Shown piece after piece: positions 14,551 through 28,016 of a stretch of DNA of 64,000 nucleotides. The position numbers and the translations under genes were made by a program. The DNA is from the human T2T-CHM13v2.0 reference genome, Homo sapiens. The notes under the pieces are model-generated. The model saw nothing but the letters and a program-made list of their open reading frames with translations. It was not told the DNA's origin and made no database searches. The stretch's first letter is position 1; every line of letters starts with the position of its first letter. The stretch lies in NCBI RefSeq assembly GCF_009914755.1, contig NC_060925.1. One strand, written 5' to 3'.

Positions 14551-16198
14551 CTGTCTTTTAACCATGACCAACATAAACCTAATACTTGGTGGGTGGTGTA
14601 TTTTAAAGGCTTTAGTCATAGATGAGTAGATAGCGGGAATTACATTTATAAGCTGCATTTCCCCCCCATCTTTGTACGTATGTGCACATACATACTCACC
14701 AAACCCACTTTACCCACCTTCACTGCTGGTATCAGCAAACCCAGTTTCCCTGTAAGTGTTCCCTCATCTCACCAAAGCCAAATTGATTGTTTCCGGCTTC
14801 CTGAAAGTAAAACGAGACCTGTCCCTTGTGCTATAAATAAGGGAGGTCAGAGGAATTTTTTAAAATGGATTGTGTGTTTGTGGTCAATCTCACTGTTGCA
14901 AAATGTGAAAATAATAGCTGTGTAACACAATATTAATGTGATCATTTAACTTAAAATTCAAGGCATGCCATCCAAGTGGCAACAATTTTCAGGTGAAAGT
15001 TTTCTATGAAATGATAGATATCCTCATGGGACTAAAATCCTCATGGAACTAATATCTCTTGGCTTGTACCTCCTCAAAGGGTAATGATCTCTTGGACTAT
15101 TTAATAGTTAGCATCCTTATGATATACCCAAAGGTAAGCAATTAGTGTCAATTATAATGATTAAAAAGAACATCTTTTAAAAATAAACTTATGTGAGTAA
15201 ATGAAGCCAGTTGAAAAGTCAACCAGATATATTTTGTATATCTTATCTAAAAGAGATGTAAAAATAAATGAACACTTCCTCAAAATACAATCTTCTAATA
15301 AGTAGTGTCACCAAAGATCCCTTGGGGTTTTTCTAAGCTGTGTGAATACAACTTGTCAATCATAGAGGGGAGAAAGAGTAACCACCACAATTAAATAAGA
15401 CTTGGAAATATTCAAATATGAAGACTATACATTAGGAGTATTTTTTCGTGTACTAGGTAAGTAGGTAGTCATAAAAATGTCAGAAAATTGACAAATGGTA
15501 CCTAATTTATGTTAGGTTGTAGGTGCCTAATGTGATTAGGATGTGGCTGAAAGTTCTATATAGTTTTAAAAGTCCCCTGTTGTTATGCTTATTCAAAAGG
15601 AAAACTGCTGAATTAATTTTTAAAAATCAATTATTAGGAGTCATTTTTAAGTTAACTTTCAGTCATTTACATGGATTTTCACAGAGTTTTATTAAAGTTC
15701 TTTCTAGCCCCTACTCTGAGGAAGGTTATTACTCAAAATGTTCAAACAAAAAATTTCCTAACTGATAAATCCAATAAGACTTTCCTCCTGTAACAAGATC
15801 TGGCAAGATGTTTTCCATTTTCAGAGTTTTCTTTAGGCTTTAATAATATGTACAGTAAGAGTGTTCATAAACCACTAGGTTTTGTGTCTTATGCTATTTA
15901 AACACAGCACATAATGACTGTGGACTTTAAGTTTAAATTAGAGAGACAGACAGATAAAGCAGTAACAGAATCAGAGAATTATGATTTCTAATTGGCTACT
16001 GTGAAACTTCTTCATATAAGTGATTTTACTTGTCTTATTTGTTGATATCTGTAGTATACAAGATAGAAATAGTTTCAAATATAAAGCTGTGCTTACTTTT
16101 CAGATAATGAATCAAAATAATAAAATTTCAGTTACTTAATAGAGAATACTATTTATAAATAAGAGATTGGCATTAATTTGATTTTTCTTTTTAAAGTA

Positions 16199-16578
16199 CA
16201 GTTGATCTTTGGACAAAATGGGTATGGGGGTGTCTATAATACTCCCTGCCTTGCAGCCAGAAATTTGCATGTAACTTTTGTCTCTTCCAAAACTTAACTA
16301 CTAATAGCCTACGGTTGACCCGAAGCCTTACTGATAACATAAACGATTGATTAATATACAAATAAACTAGTATTTACATATATTTTATCCATTGATGACT
16401 TGCCCAACTTTTTCTTTTCTTTCTTCCTTTTTTTTTAAATTTCTATGCTACATGGTTTGCCTGCATGTTTTTTCAAATTGTCACAAATCTCCAAAAATTT
16501 TCAAATACATTTATTGAAAGAAACTCACATGTATGTGGACCCGTGCGATTAAAACCTGTGTTGCTCAAGGATTGACTG
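16199..16578 (-). mobile_element. Tigger2a/MER28-like DNA transposon
   Basis: TIRs CAGTTGATCTTTG...CTCAAGGATTGACTG; AAAACTTAACTACTAATAGCCTAC motif. Confidence 0.75.
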
Positions 16579-19500
16579 TTGTTGTGTGAGGAAAGGATAA
16601 ACAGATCACTGCTTTTAAGGGGGAGTGCAAGGTTTTAACTGTATCTAAGAGCATTTACAAAAATAACAGTTCTTCTTGGATTAGAGCGTGTTTTCAATAT
16701 TAACTAACAACCAGATTTTCCTCTCAACTTTGGAAACTGCTGAGGGTTAGCTTGATTCATGGCACAAGCAGATGGCATCCTGCTTCTGGCAAAACAGGCA
16801 GAAAATTCCTTTAGCACCCACCTGCATATGTTCTAGTCTTTATAAAATCCTGTACACTTTTAAACTTAAATACTCTCCCCAGTTTTAACAAACATTTATT
16901 GAAGTTGAAATTGAAGATAACACACAAATAACTAAGATTTAGTCTTATTTTAGACCCTGTGAGAAGCCAAAAAAAAAAAAACTGTAGACCAGAAAATATA
17001 GTATTTTATGACTGCACAAATACTACATATATTATATGAAGATGTAGATACATATCCCCAAGAAGAAAAGTTTATCAGAAATATTACTACTATAAATCTT
17101 TTTTTTTCCGTTTTATACCTTTAGCTTAATTTCTAGAGGATTGTTTTTTGTAAAGTACTTCATGAAGGTTTGAAGTTTGTAATCAGAAGTTTTTACTGGT
17201 AATCTATGAGGGCACTGCTGTTTTGAGTATGATATTCTCTAGACCTAAAGTCTCATTTTAAAATTTGGAATTGTGGTATGTACCATCTTTATGTGGCCTG
17301 CAGAATCTCAACAATAGCACTGCTAGCTCTGTAGGCTAGTTGAAATGCACACCGGGCTGTGTGTTTGTGAGACTTTTGCTTACAGGCTTATGTTCAATCT
17401 CACAGCAGTCAGTGGGACTGTCTGCACCATCACATGAGAGGTGGGTTGTGAGTCACACAGCATGAACTCTTTATAGCCACTCTTATTCCTGTTCTTTACT
17501 GTGTGGAATTTTAGAGTTTGTCACCGAGTGTTTTGCAGCTCCTATGTATACACCAAAGTCTAATTTTAATATGTTTTTGAACATATTTGATAATGTTCCA
17601 GTTCATTGTAGTTGTATAGATTTATTCATTTTTTAACTGCAAAACTGTTTTTATGTAACATTGAAGATGTCCCGGACAATGAAAAAAGATCAATGAAGTT
17701 ATCCTTAGTTTTCATCTTTTATTGAGGCAGTATTTATTGTGTGAGAGCAATAGAAGATATAATCTTTGATTATGAAACTTTTTAACATTAATATGCATAG
17801 TTGCCTACTTTTCCTTTAAAAATGTACCATTTGTCAATTTTCTGACATTTTTATGACTACCTACTTACCTAGTACACGAAAAAATACTCCTAATGTATAG
17901 TCTTTATATTTGAATATTTCCAAGTCTTATTTAATTGTGGTGGTTACTTTCTTCCCTCTATGATTGACAAGTTGTATTCACATAACTTAGAGAAACCCCA
18001 GGGGATCTTTGGCGACACTTCGTATTAGAAGATTGTATTTCAAGGAAGTGTTCATTTATTTTTACATCTCTTTTAGATAAGATATATAAAATACATCTGG
18101 TTGACTTTTCAACTGGCTTCATTTACTCAGATGAGTTTATTTTTAAAAGATGTTCTTTTTAATCATTACAATTGACACTAATTGCTTACCTTTGGGTATG
18201 TCATAAGGATGCTAACTATTAAATGGTCCAAGAGATCATTATCCTTTGAGGAGGTACAAGCCAAGAGATATGCGGAAGTCTTATTGGTCCTACTTGTGTC
18301 ACGTTTATTAATTGAAGAGTACTCTTCACAGTTTTCAAGTTTGTACCTTTCCCAGCCGTTCTATTTATTGTTGAAATTATCCTTCAGAACCCATATGCTG
18401 AGTTCTGAATGTAGACCACAGTTGCATTTCTATTTAGAGCCTTTAAAATGAAGGCTGTGGTATTTAATTATGTGACAGTACAGTTTTAAAATGAGGGTGG
18501 AGTTAGGTGTATGGGCCTTACCAAAAAGCAACTTGTAAAAATTATTAGGGTGTTTACACTTGCCAGAGAGCTGCCTTCTTAACATTCCATTTTATACTTT
18601 AAAGAAATACACATCATGGAAGAATGGGAAGGTTTAAAACATTAACAGTTTGGCTAAGTGATTATGAATACATTTATTTCCACTTAATTTCTTCAGTGTA
18701 TGATTATATCCTTCTCTATCCTCCCCATTCTCATTTATTTTAGATTTTATCTTTTCTTGTTTGATTTAAATTGCTCCTTATTTCTTAATAGGATACATTG
18801 AAAATAGGCAATCCTCTCTGTTACTTGGTTGCTAAAAAAGATTCAAGACATTTGAAAGTGGATTCTTGACCTGCATTTATAGGAAATATGTTGTTGACTG
18901 GAGAACCACATATTTGTGAAGTAGACAAAAAAGTTTCCTCTCCCTATTTTAATATTTATAAAGATACAGCAAATTGTCCCATGCACTAGCTAAATTGAGA
19001 TAGAGAAATTCTGTGGTCTTTTCCTGGAGGAAGTATGTAAAGATATATTATATATATATATTTTGGTAGTAGCATAATGGAGGATGCTGCTAATGTGGGA
19101 AGAGCTAAGTCATAGTTTATTCTTTCATTGTAGTAAAATATATAATCAGACAAGGGAATATGTAATTGGAAACAGAATTTTTAGGGGGATTAAACTATTT
19201 AATATTTATTCATATGTATAACTATTTAAATATTTTCTCCTTTTTATAGCATATTTTTCAAGAGGAATTCTTTGGTGGTTTTTACTTGGAGGTGGTTCTT
19301 TGTTCATTTCTTAAAGTTGTTTTATTTGCTCTTTTTCTCTGAAGGACATTCTATTTATTCATATTTCATGGTCTTTTTATATATATTATATATCCATGAG
19401 CTCTTATCTATCTATAACTCTTTTTCAGTTCTTTAGGTTTTAAATATTAAATATTTATTCATCAGCAATTCAACATAAATGCATGTAGTCACACACATGA

Positions 19501-21172
19501 GGCACATACATACCAGCCCAGGTGCTTTTATTTAAAGTTATCAGTTCTTTTTGTTTTTTAGTTTTGTTGATTTGAGTTGTTCATGATTTCATTTCTTCCT
19601 TTGTCATTTCTCACTTATTTTTTATGAAGCTTTGTCTCAGCTGGTTTGAATGGGGGCACCGAATTCATTTCATTTAAATTTCTTGGCATATGCTCTTAAT
19701 TCAGTGTAAGTTTGCTTGTCTTTATGTCCTTAAGTTAATTAATAATTATTAATCAGCAGTCAGTAAACTTATACACCATTCCACGTGGGTTTTCCTTGGA
19801 AAATTCCACAGAACGTATGGAGTATTTTTATCCGTATTATGTCTGTGCCATCCAAAAGTAATTTCTACTCCTTAAGACATGAGTTGAAAAGAAGAGGAAT
19901 GAAACATTAGGCCTTTTAAATAATGTGATCTCTCAGCACATTGTACCTGCTCACTCTTATTTTCACAAGGGTACTGGTTTTGTTTTCAGAAAGAGACACC
20001 AGTAGTTCAGGCAATTTAACCAGTAACTGGTTCCTGTAAACAGAGTAAAGGCTAACTGCAGACTGTCATATATATTCCGAGTAGCTTTCCCCACAAAAGA
20101 ATAAAAGTAATTGATACTTGAGTTGCCTGTTAAAAATATTGGGAAATTCATATTTTTGAAGCCCTAGTAGTTAGTAGTTTTGAGGGAAAAAAGGACTAAC
20201 CATTTTGAAAGTGAGCCTATTCAGACAATATTTTACTTGTATAGTTGGGGTGCACAGGTTGGTGTGGATTATATTCCTGCTATAGAGAATAGGTTATAAA
20301 TAGTTTCTGTGGCAAAGTTCTTTATCCAGTACTTAATATAAGCTATTTTAATGAGGTGGCCTATTTGGAGATGTTTTATGAAGCTTTGGCCTAAGGGATG
20401 AGGTTGGAGGAGAGAGATTTAAGACTAAAGTGTTAGGAGTAGTAACCTTCCCAAATTTTCATTGCTTTCTGTTTGGCAGTCTCTTATGGGAATATACCAT
20501 GAGTAACCATCTCTACAAATTTGCCTTCTTACTTGGGTCTGTCATTCAAGTATTTTCAAAAGGATTTATCATGGCTAATATGTTTTGAATTAATAAGTTT
20601 ATGGGTATATAAACTTGATATGTTCCTGGAGAGCTTTTTCATGCTCTATTTCATATGTTGCCTTACCAACGTTTCCCTTTCCTTTTTTCTCTCTCTGTTC
20701 TTCCTTTCCTTCCATTCATTCATTCATTGATAGTCCTTTTCAAACCTTGGGCCAGGACAAGGCCTAAGTTTGAAACTGTTATTGACTGTTACCTGTTTGG
20801 AGAGGTTGTCCATGAAAAATTAATAGGAGATGAAAGACATGTCTATTTCATGAATTTGCAAGTCCTTCATACCATTTTACCATGCCATCTTTTTCACATT
20901 GTTTTGTAAAATCAATTATATCTACAAATTGGCCCAGATAATAGTTTGTCAAAGGTTAATGTGAGGGGAATGGCTGCCTCTGACTGTGGCCTAAATAATG
21001 TGTAGAAATGGTGGTGGTCTCAGTAGAGAAGCTGGCTGTAATCCCAGCCCCTAGCATAATGAGATAGATAAAAATATTCTACAAATTAATCCTGTAAGCT
21101 ACCATTGAATATTCTGTTTGTAAAGATGTTTAACAGGTTTTTCATTTAAATCTAATATTGTTATCCCTAGAT

Positions 21173-21946
21173 CAGTGGTTCTCAATCCTATCAGACCTAT
21201 TGCCCGCTTGTTGTAGCAAATATTTTGTGATGCTCTCTTTAGCCTATCCTGAAGTAAAATTGACATATAGTGAAAATCACCTGAACATAAGTCAAAAGTG
21301 ATTATATAGTAATACCTAAGTAATATAAATGAGAAATAATAAGGAAAATAATTTAGAATAAAATAATTTGTATTTCAGTATGTAAACACTTAAGCATATA
21401 CACTAGGAGACATAATGAGATAGTGAAGTCCTTGCACCTATGTGTAGAATCATCATAATTGCAGTATTTCCAAATGCAGATTAATAAAGGTATGTTTCAT
21501 TGGCAGCTCAAATACCACAAATAGTGTTGTCATTGGTGACATGATTTTTCAAAAAGGTCAACAACCTTGGTAAAGTTCCAAACAAAACAAAATACAGACT
21601 TCATCTATTTACCTGGTAATTGCATTCCTAGAAATTCAGTGTGTCTTAAAATTGTGTAAAAATATCTTATATTTATGTGTAAAACAGATTTCAGTTTCAG
21701 GCTTAGATAATTATAAATGGATTTTCACCTATGTGCATGTGTGGTTGGACGTTTGTCACTTTGTGGGAATATCCATGCATTCCATTCTAACATACGTGTC
21801 CATTTCTCCATCCCTTCCTCCCCAGTGTTGTGGGGAGGAGAGAACTCTGCATTTCCATAGCAACCTCTAGTTACTGTAGTAACCAAATACACACAAATTC
21901 CAATGTGCCACCTACGGGGGTGCATAGCCCCTATTTTGAACCACTG
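21173..21946. mobile_element. hAT-Charlie-type DNA transposon fossil
   Basis: TIRs CAGTGGTTCTCAA...TTGAACCACTG; degenerate 8-bp TSD CCCTAGAT/CCCTGGAG. Confidence 0.75.
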
Positions 21947-24130
21947 CCCTGGAGGAATGATCAATGGGAAAATAGTTTTAACAGTCCAGTGTGTCTCCAG
22001 TAAGGCAGTGTGGTCTGTTCTTGGTATTCATGTTTCCTGAGATAATGGCCTTTGTCATAGAATGCACAGAATAAATGAAACATAAAAGGCCACCATCACA
22101 TTGTAATGTACATCTAAATATAGCATTTGCCTTGGTGGAAAGTGTGTATACCTGTTGTTCCTTTTTAGGGCAAAGGTCCTAATTTGGTGTTTGGGTATTC
22201 CCTGAAATTACACATTTCGTATGTATGTTCTTGGGTACATTTTTCTGGGGAGATGATTTTCAGTAGATCTGTAAAGAAGTGCCTAAGGTCATGATGGAGT
22301 CTAACAGGTATGGAAGGAACCTGTTCTGTTTCTGTGAACCTTAGTGGCACACCCTGAGATTGACTAAGATTCGAGTAGCCTTACCTTTACCACTACTTCT
22401 TTCCTTTTTCCTAGAAGTAAGGATTCAAATCCTGAAATCCATTTTTGAAAAATGTAGATTTTTTTGAAACTGTGGCATTAAAGTGCAGAAGGAAAGCTAA
22501 CATATTGTCATTGGGTCTTTATCCTTTCACATGACAAGAGAGGAATTTTAATGGTTGGGTAAAGCTTTCCAGGATATCAGTTATGAAAAACAAGCTTTTT
22601 TTTTTTTAAAAAAAAGTTCATATTGTAATCAAGACTTTTCTCCTTAATTCCCCCCTCCCCACTATTAGTTATTTCCATATTTAAGACTATGATTCATACT
22701 CTATGAAAATTACTTTTAAGTGAGGCAGTGACATTAGGACAGATTTTACTTAGTTGATGCAGCCTCTTCCTTTTGCTTGTTACTTATTCTAAAAAGTTTT
22801 CAAGAAGAAATTTTGTCCCCTAATAATTTAGTATGATATGAAAAACGTATTAGCATATAATTTTTTTTCTGTCCTTGGAAAATGTCAGCAATATTCTTAT
22901 ACCTTTCTCTAAATGCTTAATTTAGGTCTTATAGCTCTTTTCCTAGTAGTCATTTTAGAATACTATATCTGTGTCCCTCATCTTATGTCTTTCTATATCC
23001 TAATTATTTGGGAGTTGGGTTCAGACTTCTTTCAATATTTGTCATTTTTTATTTACTGTCCAAGATTAAAGTTTGCATGGTAATACGGTTTCCACTCTGT
23101 TAAGCTGGAAAATTTAAAAAGCTTTCATCAACTTTTGCAGAAACAAATGCTGTACTTTTCTAACACATGAAATTGAGTGATGGCCTAATATACACTTCTA
23201 AGCAAGAATCCTGTGGAAGAAGAAGAGTTAATGGGTACTTTTCTTATCAGGTTGGCACCTGATAAAATGAGTTGCATAGGTTAGATGAAGTTTAAACTGT
23301 TTCTAGACCAAATTCTCTAAATGTTGGAGATGAGTTATTATTAGGTCAGTCAAGAAGGCCACAGATAACAAATGAGAGGCTAATTAATTTCCTGCTTCCT
23401 GCTTCTGCCTCTGGATTTAAACAGTGTAGAGTGTTCATGCACGAACCCTTTGACTTTGGCATTTACTTTCCAAGGACAATTGAAGGCAATAGCTGGTTCC
23501 TTCATGTGCTAAATTCAGCTCTTTCCTGAGCTTGCTTTAAAAAATAATCATCCTTGCCAGATTGCAGCTTGTGAGCTACCTGTTTTCAAATTGGTGTAAA
23601 TTATTGTCAAATTGTGATTGCTATGTATTGCTTACCTAGGTTGCAAGAAGCTTTTAGACAAGTTTTACTGTAATGTACTAAGATGAGATAGAATCATATA
23701 GTACATGGCAGATTACTGGGAATAAGGAGGTCCTAGATTTTAGAACTAATGTCACTGAATTGACTATTGCCTTTGGAATTAACTACTTAACAAAATTATC
23801 TTAACTATTTTAGTTTTCTCATTAATAAAATAGGAAAGTATTATCTTAGGTCCCTTTCATTGCCATGATTTTGACATGTGTTTTTTTCCCTTATAGTTAA
23901 GTTATGGGAATGATTAATGCTGTTAATTTAACTTTGAACATTTTTATTAACTTTTTTGGGGGGAAAAGTCGTATATGAGAGTAGAAAACATTGTGATACC
24001 TGCAAGGGTTTATGATGAAAGGGAGATCTACGTCTTCTAACCTAGACTTCCAAATTTCACAGGACTCTCCCAGAACTAACAACTGTTGGAACTGTATCCA
24101 TCCAGAAATATTCTGTGTATATACATGGTT

Positions 24131-24132
<2 letters not shown>

Positions 24133-24175
<43 letters not shown>
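24133..24175. repeat. (TG)n microsatellite
   Basis: Direct. Confidence 0.95.
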
Positions 24176-24176
<1 letters not shown>

Positions 24177-24234
24177 TAACTATGCCCTTTTTTCACCAAT
24201 TAAACGTACTTATTTAATTTACTTAATTTACTTC

Positions 24235-25215
24235 TTTTAAACTTTTTAAAATTTCAACAGCTTTTAGTGTACAAGTGGTTTTTGGTTATATAGATGAATT
24301 GTATAGTGGTGAAGTCTGAGATTTTAGTGTACCCATCACCCAAGTGGTGTACATTGTACCCTATATGTAGGTTTTTTTTTTTGTCTCTCACCCCACTCCC
24401 AACCTCCGCCTTCTGAGTTTCCAAAGTCCATTATATATCACTGTGAATGCCTTTGTGTACCCATTGTTTAGGTCCCAGTTATAAGAGAGAACATATGGTA
24501 TTTGGTTTTCCATCCCTGAGTTAACTTTACTTAAAATAATTTTCTCCAGTTTCATCCAAGTTGTTGCAAAAGACATTATTTTGTTGTTGTCGTTGTTTTA
24601 ATGGCAGAGTAGTATTCCATGGTGTATGTATACCACGTTTTCTTTATTCACTTATTGGTTGATGGGCACTTAGGTTAGTTCCATGTCTTTGCAATTGTGA
24701 ATTATACAACAATAAACATACATATACAGGTGTCTTTTGATGTAATGACTTCCTTTCCTTTGGGTAGATACCCAGTTAATGCTATTGCTGGATGGAATGG
24801 TAGATCTACTTTTAGTTCTTTAAGAAATCTCCATACTGTTTACCATAGAGGTTGTACTACTAATTTACATTCCAACCAGCAGTGTATAAGCATTCCCCTG
24901 TCACCACATCCATGCCAACATCTGTTGTTTTTTGACTCTAGTTGTGGCCATTCTTGCGTGGCCATTATTGCAGGAATAAGGTGATATCTCCTTGTGGTTT
25001 TAAATTGCATTTCCCTGATGTTGAGCATTTTTTCATGTTTCTTGACCATTTGTATATCTTCTTTTGAGAAATGTCTGTTCCTGTCATTTGCCCACTTTTT
25101 GATGGGATTTTTTTTTTTCCTTGCTGATTCGAGTTGTTTGTAGATACTGGATATTAGTTGTTTGTCAGATGCATAGCTTGCAGATGTTTTCTCCCATTCT
25201 CATAGTTCTCTTTCA
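24235..25215 (-). mobile_element. L1PB/L1MA 3' end (~1 kb)
   Basis: Antisense 3'UTR plus ORF2 C-terminal remnants (ORF 24840-25049: [28 protein letters not shown]). Confidence 0.9.
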
Positions 25216-25317
25216 CCGAGCTTAGACGCAGCCTCAGAATCTTCTTAATACTTGCTTTGGACAGACATAACCAACTCATCAGAATTAGTAACTGTATGTT
25301 AAGCCATATTTGTTGCA

Positions 25318-25651
25318 TTTTTTTTTTTTTTGAGAAAGAGGGAGAGAGAGAGAGAGACAGACAGACAGAGAGACTCCCTCCCTCATTCCTCCAGGCTGGA
25401 GTGCATTGGCGTGATCATAGCTCACTGTAACCTCAAACTCCCGTGCTCAAGTGATCCTCCCAGCTTAGCCTCCTGAGTAGCTGAGACTACAGGCGTGTGC
25501 CACCATGCCTGGCTAATTCTTTTTTTATCATTTTGTAGAGACAGGGTTTCACTATGTTGCCTAGGCTGATCTTGAACTGTTGGCCTAAAACTATCCTCCC
25601 ACCACAGCCTCCCAAAGAGCTGGGATTACAGGCGTGAGCACCATGCCTGGC
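25318..25651 (-). mobile_element. AluJ with internal (GA)n/(GACA)n expansion
   Basis: Antisense AluJ motifs. Confidence 0.9.
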
Positions 25652-26054
25652 TATCAGGTGCAATTTCAAAATTCTATTTCAGGGATTCTATTTCAGGGAT
25701 TCTTTATACAGAAAATTAGTCTAAATTTTGCTAGTTCCAGAATAGTCTTCAGCTGAATATTTTCTTTAGTTGTTTAAAGGAACAGTGGGTAACATGAATA
25801 GTTGTGAGAATAGTACCATGAATTAAGTGTGTGATACTGCCTGAGAATTAAAATTGCCATGCTGTTTGGAAAAACATAAGGCCTGAATTACGTGTTTGGA
25901 GTTTAATACTTTCGAATGGTTGCTGTAGGTTTCAGTATGATCTTAAGTTATCTGGATCAGTGTTACTTGGGATTCAGCAATTATGCTGTGATCTTGAATT
26001 GCATCTGATGTTGATTTATATACCTTGCAGCTTAATTTGTAGTAATCTATGTAT

Positions 26055-26500
26055 ATAATTCATTAAATATTCACTTACTATGTGCCAGAGACCATGCTAC
26101 TTGCTGATGTAATAATGGTAAGCAGGGATTGACAAGGTTCTTGCTCTCAAGGAGCCTGAAGTTTAGGTTAAACAGACAAATGCATAAATATAAACTAGTA
26201 AGTACTGTAAAGGAAAGAAACATGCTTCTAATAGAAAAAATATATTAAAAAGGAACAGTACCTTCACTGGGAAATACAGGAAGACTTCTCTGAGGAATTG
26301 ATCTTTGAGTTGGGATTAAAGTGGAAAAAGCACTGGAAGAACATTCCATTTTGAGGGAATAGCATGGGAAGGTCCCCATGGAATGAAGAAGGATGATGTA
26401 TTAGAAAAACTGAAGGAAGGGGATAATGCTGAGCCAGGAAAGTAAGGAGCCTAGGCAGTGTAAGATGATTCCAGAGAGGCAGGCAAGGGGTAGACCTACA
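26055..26500 (-). mobile_element. L2 3' fragment
   Basis: CACTTACTATGTGCCAG...GCTCTCAAGGAGC...GAGGGAATAGCATG typical of antisense L2. Confidence 0.65.
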
Positions 26501-27812
26501 ACTATAGTATAAATAACTAACTTAAATGACTATAGAACATGATAATTCTGAAACGTTCTGTAAATAGTTTTTGTAATTAATAATGGATAATGCCCTACAT
26601 TACAATTATGTTTTAGACTAGAAAAGCATTTCCCCTCTTGATAAAGTTTCAAACTATTCAGTGGAGAAACTTGAATCTCCATATTGTAGGGGTTATTTCT
26701 CTTTTGTGATTATAGTTTTCAAATTTCGTATTGAGTGTTGCTTACTGAATTGAGTTTAGAATCATCAGTTATCATAAGACTTGTGTCATTAATAAAAATG
26801 CAGTTTGAGTGCTTCTTAACACTAGTCCAAACATTTAGACGTAAGATCACCATAAAAAAATTCAATAGGAATAATAAATCAGCATCAGAGGATATGAGGG
26901 ATATGAGGGCCTAAGTGGGAAATGTGTGTACCAACTTAAAACAAAGAGCTTGAAAATTTAAAAATTACTTAAATAATTTATTTCATTTATGTGATGTTAG
27001 CAACATGATGATAATCTGAAATGAAGACCTCACATTCATTTATGGGGGCCAAGGTAAAAAAAAATCATTCAAATCATTACTTAGTGAAGGGAGGAAAAAT
27101 AATATATTTCTAGACAGATTCGTAACTATTTTTTTCCTCTGAGATACTTTGGAAGCCTCCATGTAATCTTTTTTATATGAGATATTGCAAGTCAATTTAT
27201 TACACATAAATTATAGTTGAGGGATTTTGCTCAAATTTCTGAAACCTTAAAGAATTGTGAAAGCCTCAAACATATATTACTAAATTATATACTAAGTTAC
27301 CTATATGTATGATTTCTCCTTCGCAGTGCTTTTTCCAGTGCTTGTGCTTTTCTGAATTCGTGCCAGCTACTAGTACTCAAACAGTTTGTTTTTATGGGAT
27401 ATGTAGTAGTGGCTGACAACTTGAACACAAGAGATCATAATTAAAAAGAAACCTGGAAAATAGGAGAAGATGCAAAAAGAAGATTGTTCTCATTAATTGA
27501 GGAAAAGTATATGGAATTCTGTATTAATTCTTTTCATTTAAAAATCCTAAAGGACCCGGCACCTCTACTAAAGTTCAATTGCTTTATTATACTTATACAT
27601 GAATGACTGCATTACTTATTATTTATGCTCTACTTTCATATAGCCAGATTTCATTTATAGTACCATAACTTTTTGCTATATACCACATACTAAGTGCCTT
27701 TTATGTGACTAGAATTTTGCTAGGTGTTTTACTGATATTATTTGAAGTCCTTACAACATATTTGCAGGGTTGGTGTTATTAGTCCTGTTTGAGAGAGGTG
27801 GAAACTGAAGCT

Positions 27813-28016
27813 GATGATGTGTTGGTGAATGTTTTAAAAACTAGTTCTTTGGGGTAAAAGTTCTGATTTGTAGTGTTTGCTGATTTCTGTGGTGTAAATA
27901 TTCCTGTTATGGCTGATTTCAAGCTACCAGCCTGAAGTCAGTGAAGGGGATTTGGGAAGAAGAGATGAGCACAATTGGTTCTCCAGCCAGTGTGATCTGG
28001 TTCTGAAACACCACTG
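27813..28016 (-). mobile_element. MER63 (hAT-Blackjack) inserted in a MIR (~27700-28100)
   Basis: ATGGCTGATTTCAAGCTACCA...GCACAATTGG...CACCACTG; MIR GGAAACTGA/ACTGAGGCAC on either side. Confidence 0.7.

Noticed and set aside
25671-25703. 14-bp tandem repeat ATTCTATTTCAGGG x2
   Set aside because: Ordinary slippage duplication with no sign of function.
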